From Anaerohalosphaeraceae bacterium (GTDB lineage: Bacteria > Planctomycetota > Phycisphaerae > Sedimentisphaerales > Anaerohalosphaeraceae), in contig CAXXSL010000016.1 of the NCBI GenBank assembly GCA_963675525.2, forward strand, positions 160,001-224,000: 64,000 nt of DNA, written 5' to 3'. Shown piece after piece: positions 9,507 to 18,973 of the stretch. A model generated the notes under the pieces. The model did no database searches. It was not told where the DNA came from and worked only from the letters and a program-made list of their open reading frames with translations. A program made the position numbers and the translations under genes. Numbering within the stretch: position 1 is the stretch's first letter; the number at the start of each line of letters is the position of its first letter.

Positions 9507-9728
9507 ATGATTAACATACGGCTGGATTATGTGCTTTTAGATAAGCGGATGAAACTGAAAGAGTTGGCGGAAATCACCGGCATCGCGGTCAACAACCTTT
9601 CCGTCCTCAAGACCAACAAAGCCCGTGCGATTCGCTTTTCAACCTTAGAGGCGATCTGCAAGGCACTCGACTGTTCGCCGGGAGACTTGATCGAGTATGT
9701 CCCGGACAAAGACATAACCACAAAATAA
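9507..9728 (+). CDS. Cro/C1-type HTH regulator (YozG-like)
   Basis: NLSVLKTNKARAIRFSTLEAICKALDCSPGDLIEY. Confidence 0.92.
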   Translation: MINIRLDYVLLDKRMKLKELAEITGIAVNNLSVLKTNKARAIRFSTLEAICKALDCSPGDLIEYVPDKDITTK

Positions 9729-9845
9729 TGCCCGCTTGGATAAAATAAAAACAACAAAAATCGTTGATTTACCCCGATTTTTTGCAACAATGGCTCATGA
9801 TAAGCATTTCTATTTATAAAGGGACGGAAAATAGGAGCCACAAAA

Positions 9846-10625
9846 ATGATTCGAGTGGAAAATGTCTGGCATCATTACGGTATTCGCCCAATTCTGAAAA
9901 ATGTCTCGTTGCAGGTAGAGGAAGGCCAACTGGTCGCATTAATGGGTCCCAACGGTATGGGCAAAAGCACCCTGCTGGCCCTCATCGGCGGACTGCTTTC
10001 CCCGCTCAAAGGCCATGTCGAAATTAACGGCCTCAAACGCCGCAGCAGCATCGACGCCGAAAAAGCCATCCGAAAAAAGATGGTCTATCTACCCGACCGC
10101 CCTTACCTGCCGCCGGATGTAACCGGCCGGGAATACGTACTGGCAATTGGTCGCCTGTATGACGTGGAAGAACAACGTCTGATGGAGCAGACAGATAAAC
10201 TGTTATCCATTTTCGACCTCGACAAAAACGCCGATTCAACCATCCAGTCATACTCCACAGGCCAGCAGAAAAAAATCGGCATCTGTGCCGCATTGGCGAC
10301 GGAAGCCCCAATTCTCATACTGGACGAACCATTCTCCGGCGGACTGGATTCTTCGGCACTACTGGCACTGAGTAAAATCCTGAAAAAACTGGCCCAACGA
10401 AAAGACGTCACCGTCGTCATGGCCGTCCCCGTACCCGAACTGGTCGAACCGCTGGCCCACAAAATCGCCGTCATCGCCGACGGACAAATTCTCGCCTGTG
10501 ACAACGCCGACGGCCTGCGAAAAAAAACCGACTGCACCGGAAACCTGCTCGAAGTCCTCGAAGCACTCATTCATCCAAAATCAAATAAAGATATCGAGGA
10601 CTACCTGGAAAGGAAACGATCGTGA
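9846..10625 (+). CDS. ABC transporter ATP-binding protein
   Basis: Walker A GPNGMGKST, signature YSTGQQKK, Walker B ILILDEP. Confidence 0.93.
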   Translation: MIRVENVWHHYGIRPILKNVSLQVEEGQLVALMGPNGMGKSTLLALIGGLLSPLKGHVEINGLKRRSSIDAEKAIRKKMVYLPDRPYLPPDVTGREYVLAIGRLYDVEEQRLMEQTDKLLSIFDLDKNADSTIQSYSTGQQKKIGICAALATEAPILILDEPFSGGLDSSALLALSKILKKLAQRKDVTVVMAVPVPELVEPLAHKIAVIADGQILACDNADGLRKKTDCTGNLLEVLEALIHPKSNKDIEDYLERKRS

Positions 10626-11758
10626 AAAGAATATTCAGTAAAACTTTTTTTCGTGTTTGCCCAATAGGTTATATTTATATTCTCATTCCCTATTTAGCTA
10701 TTATATATGGTCTACAGAAAATATTCCCCTTTCCCGAAGTGCGAGAGGCAATCAAATATCCCAATACAATCTGCTTCAGCTTTTTATTGGGTTTTTATGG
10801 CTTTTGGCGTGTTCTCCGTTTTCATCCATTTTTTAAAAGATACTTAATGCAGTTAACGCTGTCACCTTGGCAAGCGGGAAAACCATTGCCCTATGGACCT
10901 GTACATCTATGCTGGATTGATGCAATTGTTCTTACACTTTTTATACTTCTGGAAATTTTATGCCCTGTGCTTCATTGGACACTTCCTTTGATCGCGTTCT
11001 TTGCAGGCTATAACCTTGGGTTGTTTTTCTCGCTCTTTATGACCAAACAGGTCAACCATATTTTGCTCTATCTCCTGTTCGCGCCTTTCTTCATATATCT
11101 TTATTCAAACATCAATATAACATTGGCCTGTTTAGTGGGTTTAACATTTTTCAGCCAGTGGACAATGTACCGTTATTTCAAACAATTCCCATGGAACACA
11201 CCTTGGTGGACGGAAAATCCCATCGAAAAATTCAAAAAAGAAGCTTTACGTCGTCGTGTCATTCGCTGGCCATTCAGAGAACTGTGCAACACAAAGGCCG
11301 AGTCTAACACGCTAACTCAACATGTTGTAACTGTAATTTTTGTTTTTTGGTGGACACATACAATCAGCTGGTTTTTCATTCATTCAGACCCTGAGATTAC
11401 TCCGGAAATTATTGCACCATATTACATAATAGCGTTTATCGGAATTCCATTCATTCGTCTTGTAGCCTACTTGGTTTATCGCCCGCCAATTAGTTTATTC
11501 GGAAGGTTTGCAACAGGCCAGCTGATTGTCCCCGGCTATGATAAGATTTTTATTGCACCGATTATCTTGATTTTAGTCGGTATTTTTGTGCCCGGACTAT
11601 TCAGTAGACTCGGAATCCCTGAACTTATCGCCTGCGAATTAAATTTGAGTCTGCTTCTGTTCCTGGCGATACAACTGCCACCATCATATGAAAAATGGCA
11701 TTACACAGGCCAGTATCACATTATAAATCCACAGCGTCGAACACAGCGAAACAGATAA
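10622..11758 (+). CDS. Polytopic membrane protein, probable ABC permease partner
   Basis: Many hydrophobic helices; 4-bp overlap with the ABC ATPase stop. Confidence 0.7.
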   Translation: MKRIFSKTFFRVCPIGYIYILIPYLAIIYGLQKIFPFPEVREAIKYPNTICFSFLLGFYGFWRVLRFHPFFKRYLMQLTLSPWQAGKPLPYGPVHLCWIDAIVLTLFILLEILCPVLHWTLPLIAFFAGYNLGLFFSLFMTKQVNHILLYLLFAPFFIYLYSNINITLACLVGLTFFSQWTMYRYFKQFPWNTPWWTENPIEKFKKEALRRRVIRWPFRELCNTKAESNTLTQHVVTVIFVFWWTHTISWFFIHSDPEITPEIIAPYYIIAFIGIPFIRLVAYLVYRPPISLFGRFATGQLIVPGYDKIFIAPIILILVGIFVPGLFSRLGIPELIACELNLSLLLFLAIQLPPSYEKWHYTGQYHIINPQRRTQRNR

Positions 11759-11853
11759 AATAAAGAGGATAATGTCTAAAAAAACTCATGGCCTCCATAT
11801 TTTTGTGGTTAAATCAAATCCCATAAATCTGCGGAATCTGTGGATAAAATTAT

Positions 11854-11881
11854 TTGACATTTATCTAACTTATGGTATAAT
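11854..11881 (+). promoter_or_regulatory. Consensus sigma70 promoter
   Basis: TTGACA (11854-11859), 16-bp spacer, TATAAT (11876-11881) with extended -10 TG. Confidence 0.65.
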
Positions 11882-12017
11882 ACCGGCTAGATTGAAAATA
11901 TGATCTTTGACAATCAGAAGGAGCAAACAAAAGCCCGAAGCGCCAGCGCAGGGGACAACCACATTCTTGAGTCCATGTGTTCTTATGTTCTTGAGTTCGT
12001 GTATTCTTGGAACATAC

Positions 12018-12116
12018 TGGCGCAAAATGGCGTCGTTTTGGCAAACTTTGGCGCATTTGTGGCACACTTTGGCGCCGTTTGGGCGCACTTTGGCGCATCT
12101 TTGGACACGTTTGGTA
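12018..12116. repeat. Tandem array of 10 TGG(C)-initiated units with alternating 10/11-bp spacing
   Basis: Unit starts 12018, 12028, 12039, 12049, 12060, 12070, 12081, 12091, 12102, 12112. Confidence 0.85.
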
Positions 12117-12227
12117 TCAGGAATATCACAAAAAACCTTGTTTCGAGGCAGAAAACGAACAATTTGGGTACGCGACCGTCCCGGTCGCTCTTTTTTATCG
12201 TTGCGGGCCAGACGCCCGCGTTCCCGG

Positions 12228-12578
12228 TTACTTTTGATATTCAATCGGGACCAGGCACATGAACCGTGCACCTTGCGTATTGGAGCGGTTTTTGAATTGG
12301 TGTTTTTCATTGGGGGCGATCAGCAGCACATCGCCTTTGTCCAGTGGTTTGTCGCCGTGTTCAGTCACAGCCGCGATGTCGCCGTCCAGTATAACCGCTT
12401 CATGTTCAAACGGGTGTGTATGAAACGGCGTATGTCCGCCGGGCGCTAATTCGAAAACGCGCATCGCAAACGTCGGGGCGTTATCCGCCGGACCCAATAC
12501 CACGCGAACTTTCACGTCTTTGGCCCCTTCCATATTGACATCCTGTAATGCAACGTCGTTTATTTTTTTGATAATCAT
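12228..12578 (-). CDS. Cupin domain protein
   Basis: FAMRVFELAPGGHTPFHTHPFEHE, GDVLLIAPNEKHQF. Confidence 0.9.
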   Translation of the reverse strand: MIIKKINDVALQDVNMEGAKDVKVRVVLGPADNAPTFAMRVFELAPGGHTPFHTHPFEHEAVILDGDIAAVTEHGDKPLDKGDVLLIAPNEKHQFKNRSNTQGARFMCLVPIEYQK

Positions 12579-12597
12579 AAATGATTCCTTTCAGGAA

Positions 12598-12723
12598 AAA
12601 TCCTAAGCACTAAATTCTAAACTCTAAACAAATCTAAAATATCAAATCGAAATAACCAAATCATACGACTATTTTATACCCCCTCCCCCCTTCGGGGTAC
12701 TCCCCCTCGAAAAGGGGGAGAGA
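12598..12723. repeat. Heptamer-like short repeats plus REP-like CCCCCT..AGGGGG palindrome
   Basis: AATCCTAAGCACTAAATTCTAAACTCTAAACAAATCTAAA; TACCCCCTCCCCCCTTCGGGGTACTCCCCCTCGAAAAGGGGGAG. Confidence 0.5.
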
Positions 12724-12731
12724 TTTTGTTT

Positions 12732-14963
12732 TTAAACCTTTGGCAGCGTCACCGTTACCGTTGTTCCCTTTTCCGGCTCGCTGGCTAATTTAAGCGTTCC
12801 GCCGTTGAGCAGCAGCAGCCGCTGTGCCTGTGCCAATCCCATGCCGCGACGGCGGCCCGCCGGACGGAACGAAAAGAACGGCTGGGCGGCTTTCTCTAAT
12901 GTTTCGCTGTCCATGCCGCAACCGGTGTCACGGATCACAAGCACCAACCCGTTATCTTCGGCCCAGGAACACGTGATCCAGACCGGACCGTTTTCACCCT
13001 TATACGACTGCAAGGCGTTTGTCAAAATAGCCGACAGCGCCTGCGTGGCGTGGTGAATATCCACATAGACATCACCGCAATCGTCAGCGCCGGCAATCTC
13101 AGCTTCCACCGACTTGACACCACACGTTTTGCATGTCTTATCGATCGCCTTTTGAATCAGTTCGCCAACTGAAACGGCCTGCTTGTCCGGTTTATTCGGA
13201 CGCGCAAATGTCATCAGGTCGTTGACGATCTGGTACATTTCTTCGGTGCGCTGCTGAATTTGCAGAAGCATCTGCTTTTTGGTTTCATCCTGTTCTCCAT
13301 CCACTAAAAGCTGCGCCCGGCCGGATATCACCGCCAGCGGATTATTCAATTCATGGGCCGCCCCCGCCGCCATTTCCGCCAGACCGGCCAGCGATTGCCG
13401 TCGGGCCAATTCGGTGCGCGCCTGACGAAGCGTACCCGTCAGACCGACAAACCGCTCGGCCAACTCCTGATGCTTTTGTCCGGCCAATGCCATCGCGATC
13501 GCCGCCGCCGCAACCTGACAAGCCGGCAATTTCTGATCGGCACTTAATAACTCATCGGACTTGCAAAACATCTCAAAAAACAGAACTCCGACTTCTTTAT
13601 CGCCCATGTGCAAACAGGTCATCACCATCATATCGGGATTGAAATCGCAGCTTAATTGTTCGGCGATCCATTTGGCTCCGTCGGCCAGCGCTAAAATACC
13701 ACGGTTTGTTCGAAACACCGACGGCACCGGGGGTATTTTGTCGGGCATGCCAATCGATTTGATATCCAGCTTGCCCTGCCGGTCGGCAACAGCCAGCTCC
13801 ACATACGGCTCCGTCGAATCCGGTACGACATAAAGTCCTGTCAGACCGGTCCGCATCTGCTTTTGCCAGCCGATGACAAAACTCTCCGCCAGATCAAGCG
13901 CCGAGGCATTTTCATCCAGGCCGGCCAGAAAACCCTCGATCAAGGCTATTTGCACACTCAACTGAGCGGTGTCTCCCGACGATTGACTCAGCTTGCGATT
14001 ATCCTGGGCCAGTTCGGCTGCCGTTTGCCGGATCATCGTATAATAGCCCGCCGTTACCGCGGCATCATCCAACCCCAGCACAGTACTTTTTTCGCGAACC
14101 CTCTGCGGCAAGTCCTCGGCTACGGCTTCAAGCTGCTCGGGTGTGACCGGAAGCAATCGGGCAATCTGGTCGATCTGCTCCGGAGTATCACAACTGCCGC
14201 TTTTGCCGATGCCCGCCCGGCGTGCCATGCGGTCCGCCACAGCCACAATACGGGCGATCTGTACATCCGGAAGCTGGGCCGTCAGGGTCTGGCTGTCACA
14301 GTGATGCAGCCAGATGGCCGAAATGATCGCCTCGGGCAACTGCCATTTCTGCGCCAGTCGTTTACCCAAAACCGTATGATCCAGTCCCAGGTGTTTTTGC
14401 TCCACCTCAACCAGGCTCAAGCCAGAGGCGTGCGCCTCCTCGACCATCCGCTCAAAACCTTTCGGCATGACTTCATCCAGGGCGCATTTTCCGATATCAT
14501 GAAGCAATCCGGCCAGATACGCGGTTTGACGCTGTTCCTGAGGTAATACCAGCTCGGCCAATTGCCCGGCACAACAGGCCACGGCTAATGAATGCAGGGC
14601 CATTTGACGTCGCGGAAGTACTCGGCCGGCATCCAGATCTTCACGCAGATCGAGTACTTCAAAAACTTTCAGGGAAATAACCGCCTCACGCATCAGGGCC
14701 AGCGGCAGTTTGGCAACCGCTTCAGCTACCGTGGCTTCATGGGCAAAAACAATCTGTTCCTGGCGGGCCAGCATCAGTATTTTCGCGGTTAACGCCGGAT
14801 CCGATTGAACATGTTCAGAAAATCGTACCGCATCAAACGTTGCCTCTGACATCTCAGACAGCAGGTTCGCCGCAACAGCGGGTAATGTGGAAAGACTTGT
14901 CAGTTGCCGAACAATGCGCTCCACCTGGCGTGCGACGATCTGTTGGTTCTTAGCCTGGGACAT
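12732..14963 (-). CDS. HDOD-domain histidine kinase (cytoplasmic)
   Basis: TLPAVA, DPALTAKIL, LAGLLHDIGK, LAQKWQLP (HDOD); AHELNNPL, ILTNA, DTGCGMD, PFFS, GMGLA (HisKA/HATPase). Confidence 0.92.
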   Translation of the reverse strand: MSQAKNQQIVARQVERIVRQLTSLSTLPAVAANLLSEMSEATFDAVRFSEHVQSDPALTAKILMLARQEQIVFAHEATVAEAVAKLPLALMREAVISLKVFEVLDLREDLDAGRVLPRRQMALHSLAVACCAGQLAELVLPQEQRQTAYLAGLLHDIGKCALDEVMPKGFERMVEEAHASGLSLVEVEQKHLGLDHTVLGKRLAQKWQLPEAIISAIWLHHCDSQTLTAQLPDVQIARIVAVADRMARRAGIGKSGSCDTPEQIDQIARLLPVTPEQLEAVAEDLPQRVREKSTVLGLDDAAVTAGYYTMIRQTAAELAQDNRKLSQSSGDTAQLSVQIALIEGFLAGLDENASALDLAESFVIGWQKQMRTGLTGLYVVPDSTEPYVELAVADRQGKLDIKSIGMPDKIPPVPSVFRTNRGILALADGAKWIAEQLSCDFNPDMMVMTCLHMGDKEVGVLFFEMFCKSDELLSADQKLPACQVAAAAIAMALAGQKHQELAERFVGLTGTLRQARTELARRQSLAGLAEMAAGAAHELNNPLAVISGRAQLLVDGEQDETKKQMLLQIQQRTEEMYQIVNDLMTFARPNKPDKQAVSVGELIQKAIDKTCKTCGVKSVEAEIAGADDCGDVYVDIHHATQALSAILTNALQSYKGENGPVWITCSWAEDNGLVLVIRDTGCGMDSETLEKAAQPFFSFRPAGRRRGMGLAQAQRLLLLNGGTLKLASEPEKGTTVTVTLPKV

Positions 14964-15013
14964 TCTGATTATCCTTTGATTCGTTCATCTCGTGTTCGTC
15001 ATCTCAATAGCAT

Positions 15014-15610
15014 TCAGGATCGGACTGTCTCCGCTTCGACCGTCTGGAGAATTTTTTCGACCAATTCGGCAATATTGAAGGGTTTACGCATAAACTCCGC
15101 CGCCCCGGCATTAAGCAGGCTCTGGATTTCCTCCTGGTTGACAACGCCGCTGACAATAATGATCTTGACATTGGAAAATTCCGGATTGCGTTTGATGGTC
15201 TGGCAAACGATATTGCCATTAACGTCCGGCAGCATATAGTCCAAAATCATCACATCCGGCATAAACTGCTGGGTCAGGAGACCGGCATCATAACCGCTGG
15301 AGGCCGTGCGAATTTCAAACCGGCCGTCACGCGTCAGCACATCGACCATCAATTCGACGATTTCCGCATCATCATCCACAATCAGAACTTTGATCCGCCC
15401 GCCGTGAGCCATTTCCAGATGATCCAGCGGAATCCCGTTTTCTTTCATGAATTTGACCAGATTATCGCGCGGAATACGCCGAAAACGTGACCCGGGAATA
15501 CGAAATCCATCCAATTTCCCCGAATCAAAGCATCGAATGATGGTTTGCTGGCTGATATTGCAGATTTCGGCCGCCTCACCTGTCGTAAAAAGATTTTTCA
15601 TCTTATCCAT
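15014..15610 (-). CDS. Response regulator with N-terminal excisionase-like HTH and C-terminal receiver domain
   Basis: FTTGEAAEICNISQQTIIRCFDSG..RIPGSRFRRIP; LIVDDD, ILDYMLPD, RKPF. Confidence 0.92.
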   Translation of the reverse strand: MDKMKNLFTTGEAAEICNISQQTIIRCFDSGKLDGFRIPGSRFRRIPRDNLVKFMKENGIPLDHLEMAHGGRIKVLIVDDDAEIVELMVDVLTRDGRFEIRTASSGYDAGLLTQQFMPDVMILDYMLPDVNGNIVCQTIKRNPEFSNVKIIIVSGVVNQEEIQSLLNAGAAEFMRKPFNIAELVEKILQTVEAETVRS

Positions 15611-15788
15611 TTTATGCCTCTTGCATTTAAAGAGAGTTCGGTTCCTTCCCAGCCTACGCTTCTTGTCTAAATTAACTATCGACAAGAAGAATTGTCAAGC
15701 ATTAAAAATTCTGATTTTTCAGTGCTGAAAACGAGGAATTTATACGCCTGTGGTGAAGATCCTGCCAAAATAACAGAAAAAAGGGGAT

Positions 15789-16247
15789 TTAATTCTCGCT
15801 CAGGCGGATACGGTTATACTCTTTGGCGAAAAATTCCTTGTGTTTTTTTTCCTGTTTGGCCAACGCCTTCAATAACTGCTGGACGGGGTCGGACTGGATC
15901 ATGTTAGAGAGAATCGTATACAGCATTTGTGAGGCATTTTCCTTGTCATAGGCCACCTTGACGGCTTTTTTATAATCCAGTTCGTCCGGCACCTGCATCG
16001 CCTGAATATACGACTGAATCTCGTCGGAGTCTACCAAACCCAGTAAATGCGCACCGCTGTCTTCAAGCAAGCCGCGCAACTGTTCTTCATGCAGCGCTTC
16101 CTGTTGTGCCATCTCAAAAAGAAACGATCGAACACCGGAATCACTGACCTCCTCGGCAAGTTCCTGGTAAAATTCCTGAGAGAGATGCTCCAGCGACACT
16201 GCAAAACTCAACACATCCCGTACGGTCTGAAATTCCAATCGACTCAC
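15789..16247 (-). CDS. Ferritin-like (rubrerythrin-type) di-iron protein
   Basis: AVSLE..FY, QEALH, DKE..LY, QEKKH (ExxH twice). Confidence 0.88.
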   Translation of the reverse strand: MSRLEFQTVRDVLSFAVSLEHLSQEFYQELAEEVSDSGVRSFLFEMAQQEALHEEQLRGLLEDSGAHLLGLVDSDEIQSYIQAMQVPDELDYKKAVKVAYDKENASQMLYTILSNMIQSDPVQQLLKALAKQEKKHKEFFAKEYNRIRLSEN

Positions 16248-16702
16248 TCCTTGTGATGTAATACCATATCGTATTCACGTTCAAACTTAATTACGTGTCG
16301 CATTTCTTCTTCGGCTAACTGCAAAAGTACATCGCGAAACTTTATATCGGTGGTCATCCCGATTAATTGGGTATATAGCTGAAAAGCCGCTCGTTCTTTC
16401 TGGATCGCCACCATCAGCGCATCGCTATAATTCATGTTCTTCGCCTGTTCGTCCAGCTCAATCTGCTCCTGCCATTCATAGTCCAACTCTTTGCCGCTGA
16501 CCGATGACAACGTATAACCCTGCTTGACAATTTCCAATTCCAGTGCCTCAGTATGCTTCTTTTCCTGCTGGGCGATGGCCCGGAAAACAGACTGTGTAAC
16601 AGAATCTTTCATCTGATCGGCCAAATTCAGGTAAAATAGCTCAGAGGCACGCTCCTTGGAAATCGCAAAGTTCAAGATATCCATGATCGATTCATATTCC
16701 AT
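16244..16702 (-). CDS. Ferritin-like (rubrerythrin-type) di-iron protein
   Basis: AISKE..FY, QEKKH, QKE..LY, EEMRH. Confidence 0.9.
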   Translation of the reverse strand: MEYESIMDILNFAISKERASELFYLNLADQMKDSVTQSVFRAIAQQEKKHTEALELEIVKQGYTLSSVSGKELDYEWQEQIELDEQAKNMNYSDALMVAIQKERAAFQLYTQLIGMTTDIKFRDVLLQLAEEEMRHVIKFEREYDMVLHHKE

Positions 16703-16744
16703 GATCTCTCCTTTTTTATGTTGACCGGACTACTGGCGGCGACC

Positions 16745-17293
16745 TTATTGATCACTTTCTTTCAGCAACCGCCGCCACGTTTGAATGTGCCCGTTTTCAT
16801 CGGACTGATCTTTTTTGATGATCGCCCGCGTGGTCTCATCCCACGGTGCCGCCCCCAGTAATTCGGCATAATGAGTCACCGCCTTGCTCTCAACCCAGAT
16901 CCCGGTCTTCAAGACCGCTTTTCGGCCGAGGATACGCGATCCGAAGCCGAACACAAAACCGACGATCCAGTACGCCCACCGGAACAGGCCGGGTGTCATT
17001 CCGTACTCGTAGAGTTTGACCTGAAAATCCTGCACATGGGTCATTTCATTGCACATCGCCGCGGTCAGTTCACGGTTCAGTTCATTGGTTTCGGCGGTGA
17101 TTTGGAACCGGTAAATGTTAACGGCCATGATCTCAAGGGTATGGAAGGCTCTCAGCGCGTTGCGGATCTTTCTGCGATCCGATGCTTCCATTGACCGTCC
17201 GCGTAACTCGACAGCATCGCTTCGCATTTCCGGACGCAGCAGATAAGTCCCACCGGCCTTCTCAACAGATTGTTGTGAACCCTCAACCATCAT
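16745..17293 (-). CDS. Ferritin-like Coq7/demethoxyubiquinone-hydroxylase-family di-iron protein (start uncertain)
   Basis: LEIMAVNIY, NEMTH, VESKAVTHY, DENGH. Confidence 0.8.
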   Translation of the reverse strand: MMVEGSQQSVEKAGGTYLLRPEMRSDAVELRGRSMEASDRRKIRNALRAFHTLEIMAVNIYRFQITAETNELNRELTAAMCNEMTHVQDFQVKLYEYGMTPGLFRWAYWIVGFVFGFGSRILGRKAVLKTGIWVESKAVTHYAELLGAAPWDETTRAIIKKDQSDENGHIQTWRRLLKESDQ

Positions 17294-17444
17294 ATTCTAT
17301 TTTCTTACAAAATCCCGTTTTTGTCAAAGAAATTTGATGAACCCGGATTATTTTTCACCGTAATCCAAGTTATATGCGATTGACATGAACGGCACCTTCT
17401 TATATTAAAAGAAGTGTTAATAACTTTAGAAAAAGGAATTGATT

Positions 17445-17837
17445 ATGGATCTGGCCGCATATTTCAGGAAAAATGAGGGGGTGGGCGTTCTGGGAACCTC
17501 AAATCCCGATGACAAAGTCGATTTGGCGCTCTATTCGAAGCCTGTTGTCATCGATGAATCCACCATTGCCCTGGTGATGAAGCAGCGGCTCAGTCATCAG
17601 AATCTCAAGGGCAACCTCCAAGCGGCTTACCTTTTCCTTCAAAAAGGCCCCGGCTACCAGGGACTTCGGCTCAATCTGACCATGCTCCGTGAAGAAACGA
17701 ATCAATCCCTGATCGAAACCATGCGAAAAAAACAACCCTGCATGTACCCCGAAGAAGACGATTCCGGAAAATTCCTTGTGATTTTTACCGTGGACCGCAT
17801 CCGGCCGCTGGTCGGCGACGAACCGGTCACGGCCTGA
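17445..17837 (+). CDS. Pyridoxamine 5'-phosphate oxidase-like protein, paralog of 6090-6473
   Basis: Shared GxGxLxT, KGPGYQGxRL, EET, IRPLVGD. Confidence 0.8.
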   Translation: MDLAAYFRKNEGVGVLGTSNPDDKVDLALYSKPVVIDESTIALVMKQRLSHQNLKGNLQAAYLFLQKGPGYQGLRLNLTMLREETNQSLIETMRKKQPCMYPEEDDSGKFLVIFTVDRIRPLVGDEPVTA

Positions 17838-17919
17838 CTCCGCGATTGAACAAATCAACCTTGTTATCGTATCAACCAAAAGATAGATTATCATCCGATT
17901 CCATAAAAGGAATGTCCCG

Positions 17920-18162
17920 ATGACATGGTTTGAAATGCAGCAAATTGCTCAATATATCGAGGATCTTGAAGCGGCTTTAGACGAGTGGATACTGGATCCC
18001 GTGGGAATGCGCGCCGAATTCGCGAAGTTAAACCGTTTGACCCAAAAGCTGAGGCACGAAATCGGTGTTTGTCCGGGCTCTGCAAAAGAAACCCTTTACC
18101 GACAGCTTTCAGGCCGGCTGCTTCAATCCCAAAATACTCTTTTTGAGCGATTAAGAGGTTAA
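17920..18162 (+). CDS. Small hypothetical helical protein
   Basis: AAGGA RBS; fills the gap between co-oriented genes. Confidence 0.55.
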   Translation: MTWFEMQQIAQYIEDLEAALDEWILDPVGMRAEFAKLNRLTQKLRHEIGVCPGSAKETLYRQLSGRLLQSQNTLFERLRG

Positions 18163-18270
18163 AAACCATGCTATTTTGTCGATAGATTCCGCTTTCCACA
18201 CTGTCTGTTTTTTGCTACACTACGGCTACACTACGGTTTTTCTCAGCAAACGTGTACCGGGAGACGATAG

Positions 18271-18906
18271 ATGAAAATAGACACAATTATACTGGGTGAT
18301 TACGAAACAAACTGCTACTGCGTTCGTGAACGCAATGACCAGAAAGAATGTTCGATCATCGACCCGGGACTGAACCCTGAATCGCTGATACGCTTTTTAA
18401 AGGTCCATGAACTGCAACCTGTCGAAATCGTTCTCACACATGGCCATGTCGACCACATTGCAGGAGTTGAAAGCCTTCGCGAGTATTGGCCCGAGGTCAA
18501 GGTCGTCATCCATGAAAATGACGCTGAGATGCTCACGAATCCGGCCATGAATTTGTCCATCATGGCGGGGACAATGGTCCAGGCACGTCCGGCCGAAGTT
18601 CGACTGACAGACGAAGACCAATATTATCAGATGATCGGCATCCGCTTTCAATTGTTTCACACTCCCGGCCATACCCCCGGCGGAATTTGCCTCTACTCAG
18701 CCAAAGACCAGGTTGTTTTTGTCGGTGATACACTGTTCGCCGGATCGATCGGGCGAACGGATTTCCCCACCGGTAACCATCAGGCCCTGATCAAAGCGAT
18801 CAAAACCAAACTGCTGCATCTGCCCGTACAGACCGCCGTCTATCCGGGACACGGCCCACAAACAACAATCGGTCAGGAAAAGAAGTTCAACCCATTTCTA
18901 ACATAA
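18271..18906 (+). CDS. MBL-fold metallo-hydrolase (glyoxalase II-like, YcbL/GloC type)
   Basis: THGHVDH, TPGHTPG, GDTLFAGSIGRTD, PGHG. Confidence 0.93.
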   Translation: MKIDTIILGDYETNCYCVRERNDQKECSIIDPGLNPESLIRFLKVHELQPVEIVLTHGHVDHIAGVESLREYWPEVKVVIHENDAEMLTNPAMNLSIMAGTMVQARPAEVRLTDEDQYYQMIGIRFQLFHTPGHTPGGICLYSAKDQVVFVGDTLFAGSIGRTDFPTGNHQALIKAIKTKLLHLPVQTAVYPGHGPQTTIGQEKKFNPFLT

Positions 18907-18953
18907 AAAAAGCGACGGGCGGATCACACGGTCCACCCGTCGTTGCTGTTTTT
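18905..18953. terminator. Bidirectional intrinsic terminator
   Basis: A-run, GCGACGGG..CCCGTCGT stem, T-run, between convergent genes. Confidence 0.7.
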
Positions 18954-18973
18954 AAGCCTTGTCTTTTCAGCGT

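Noticed and set aside
12018..12116. CRISPR array
   Set aside because: Units are 10-11 bp with no unique spacers, and there are no cas genes in the window.
18214..18235. GCTACACTACG tandem 11-mer as an operator
   Set aside because: A real duplication, but only two copies and no other support.
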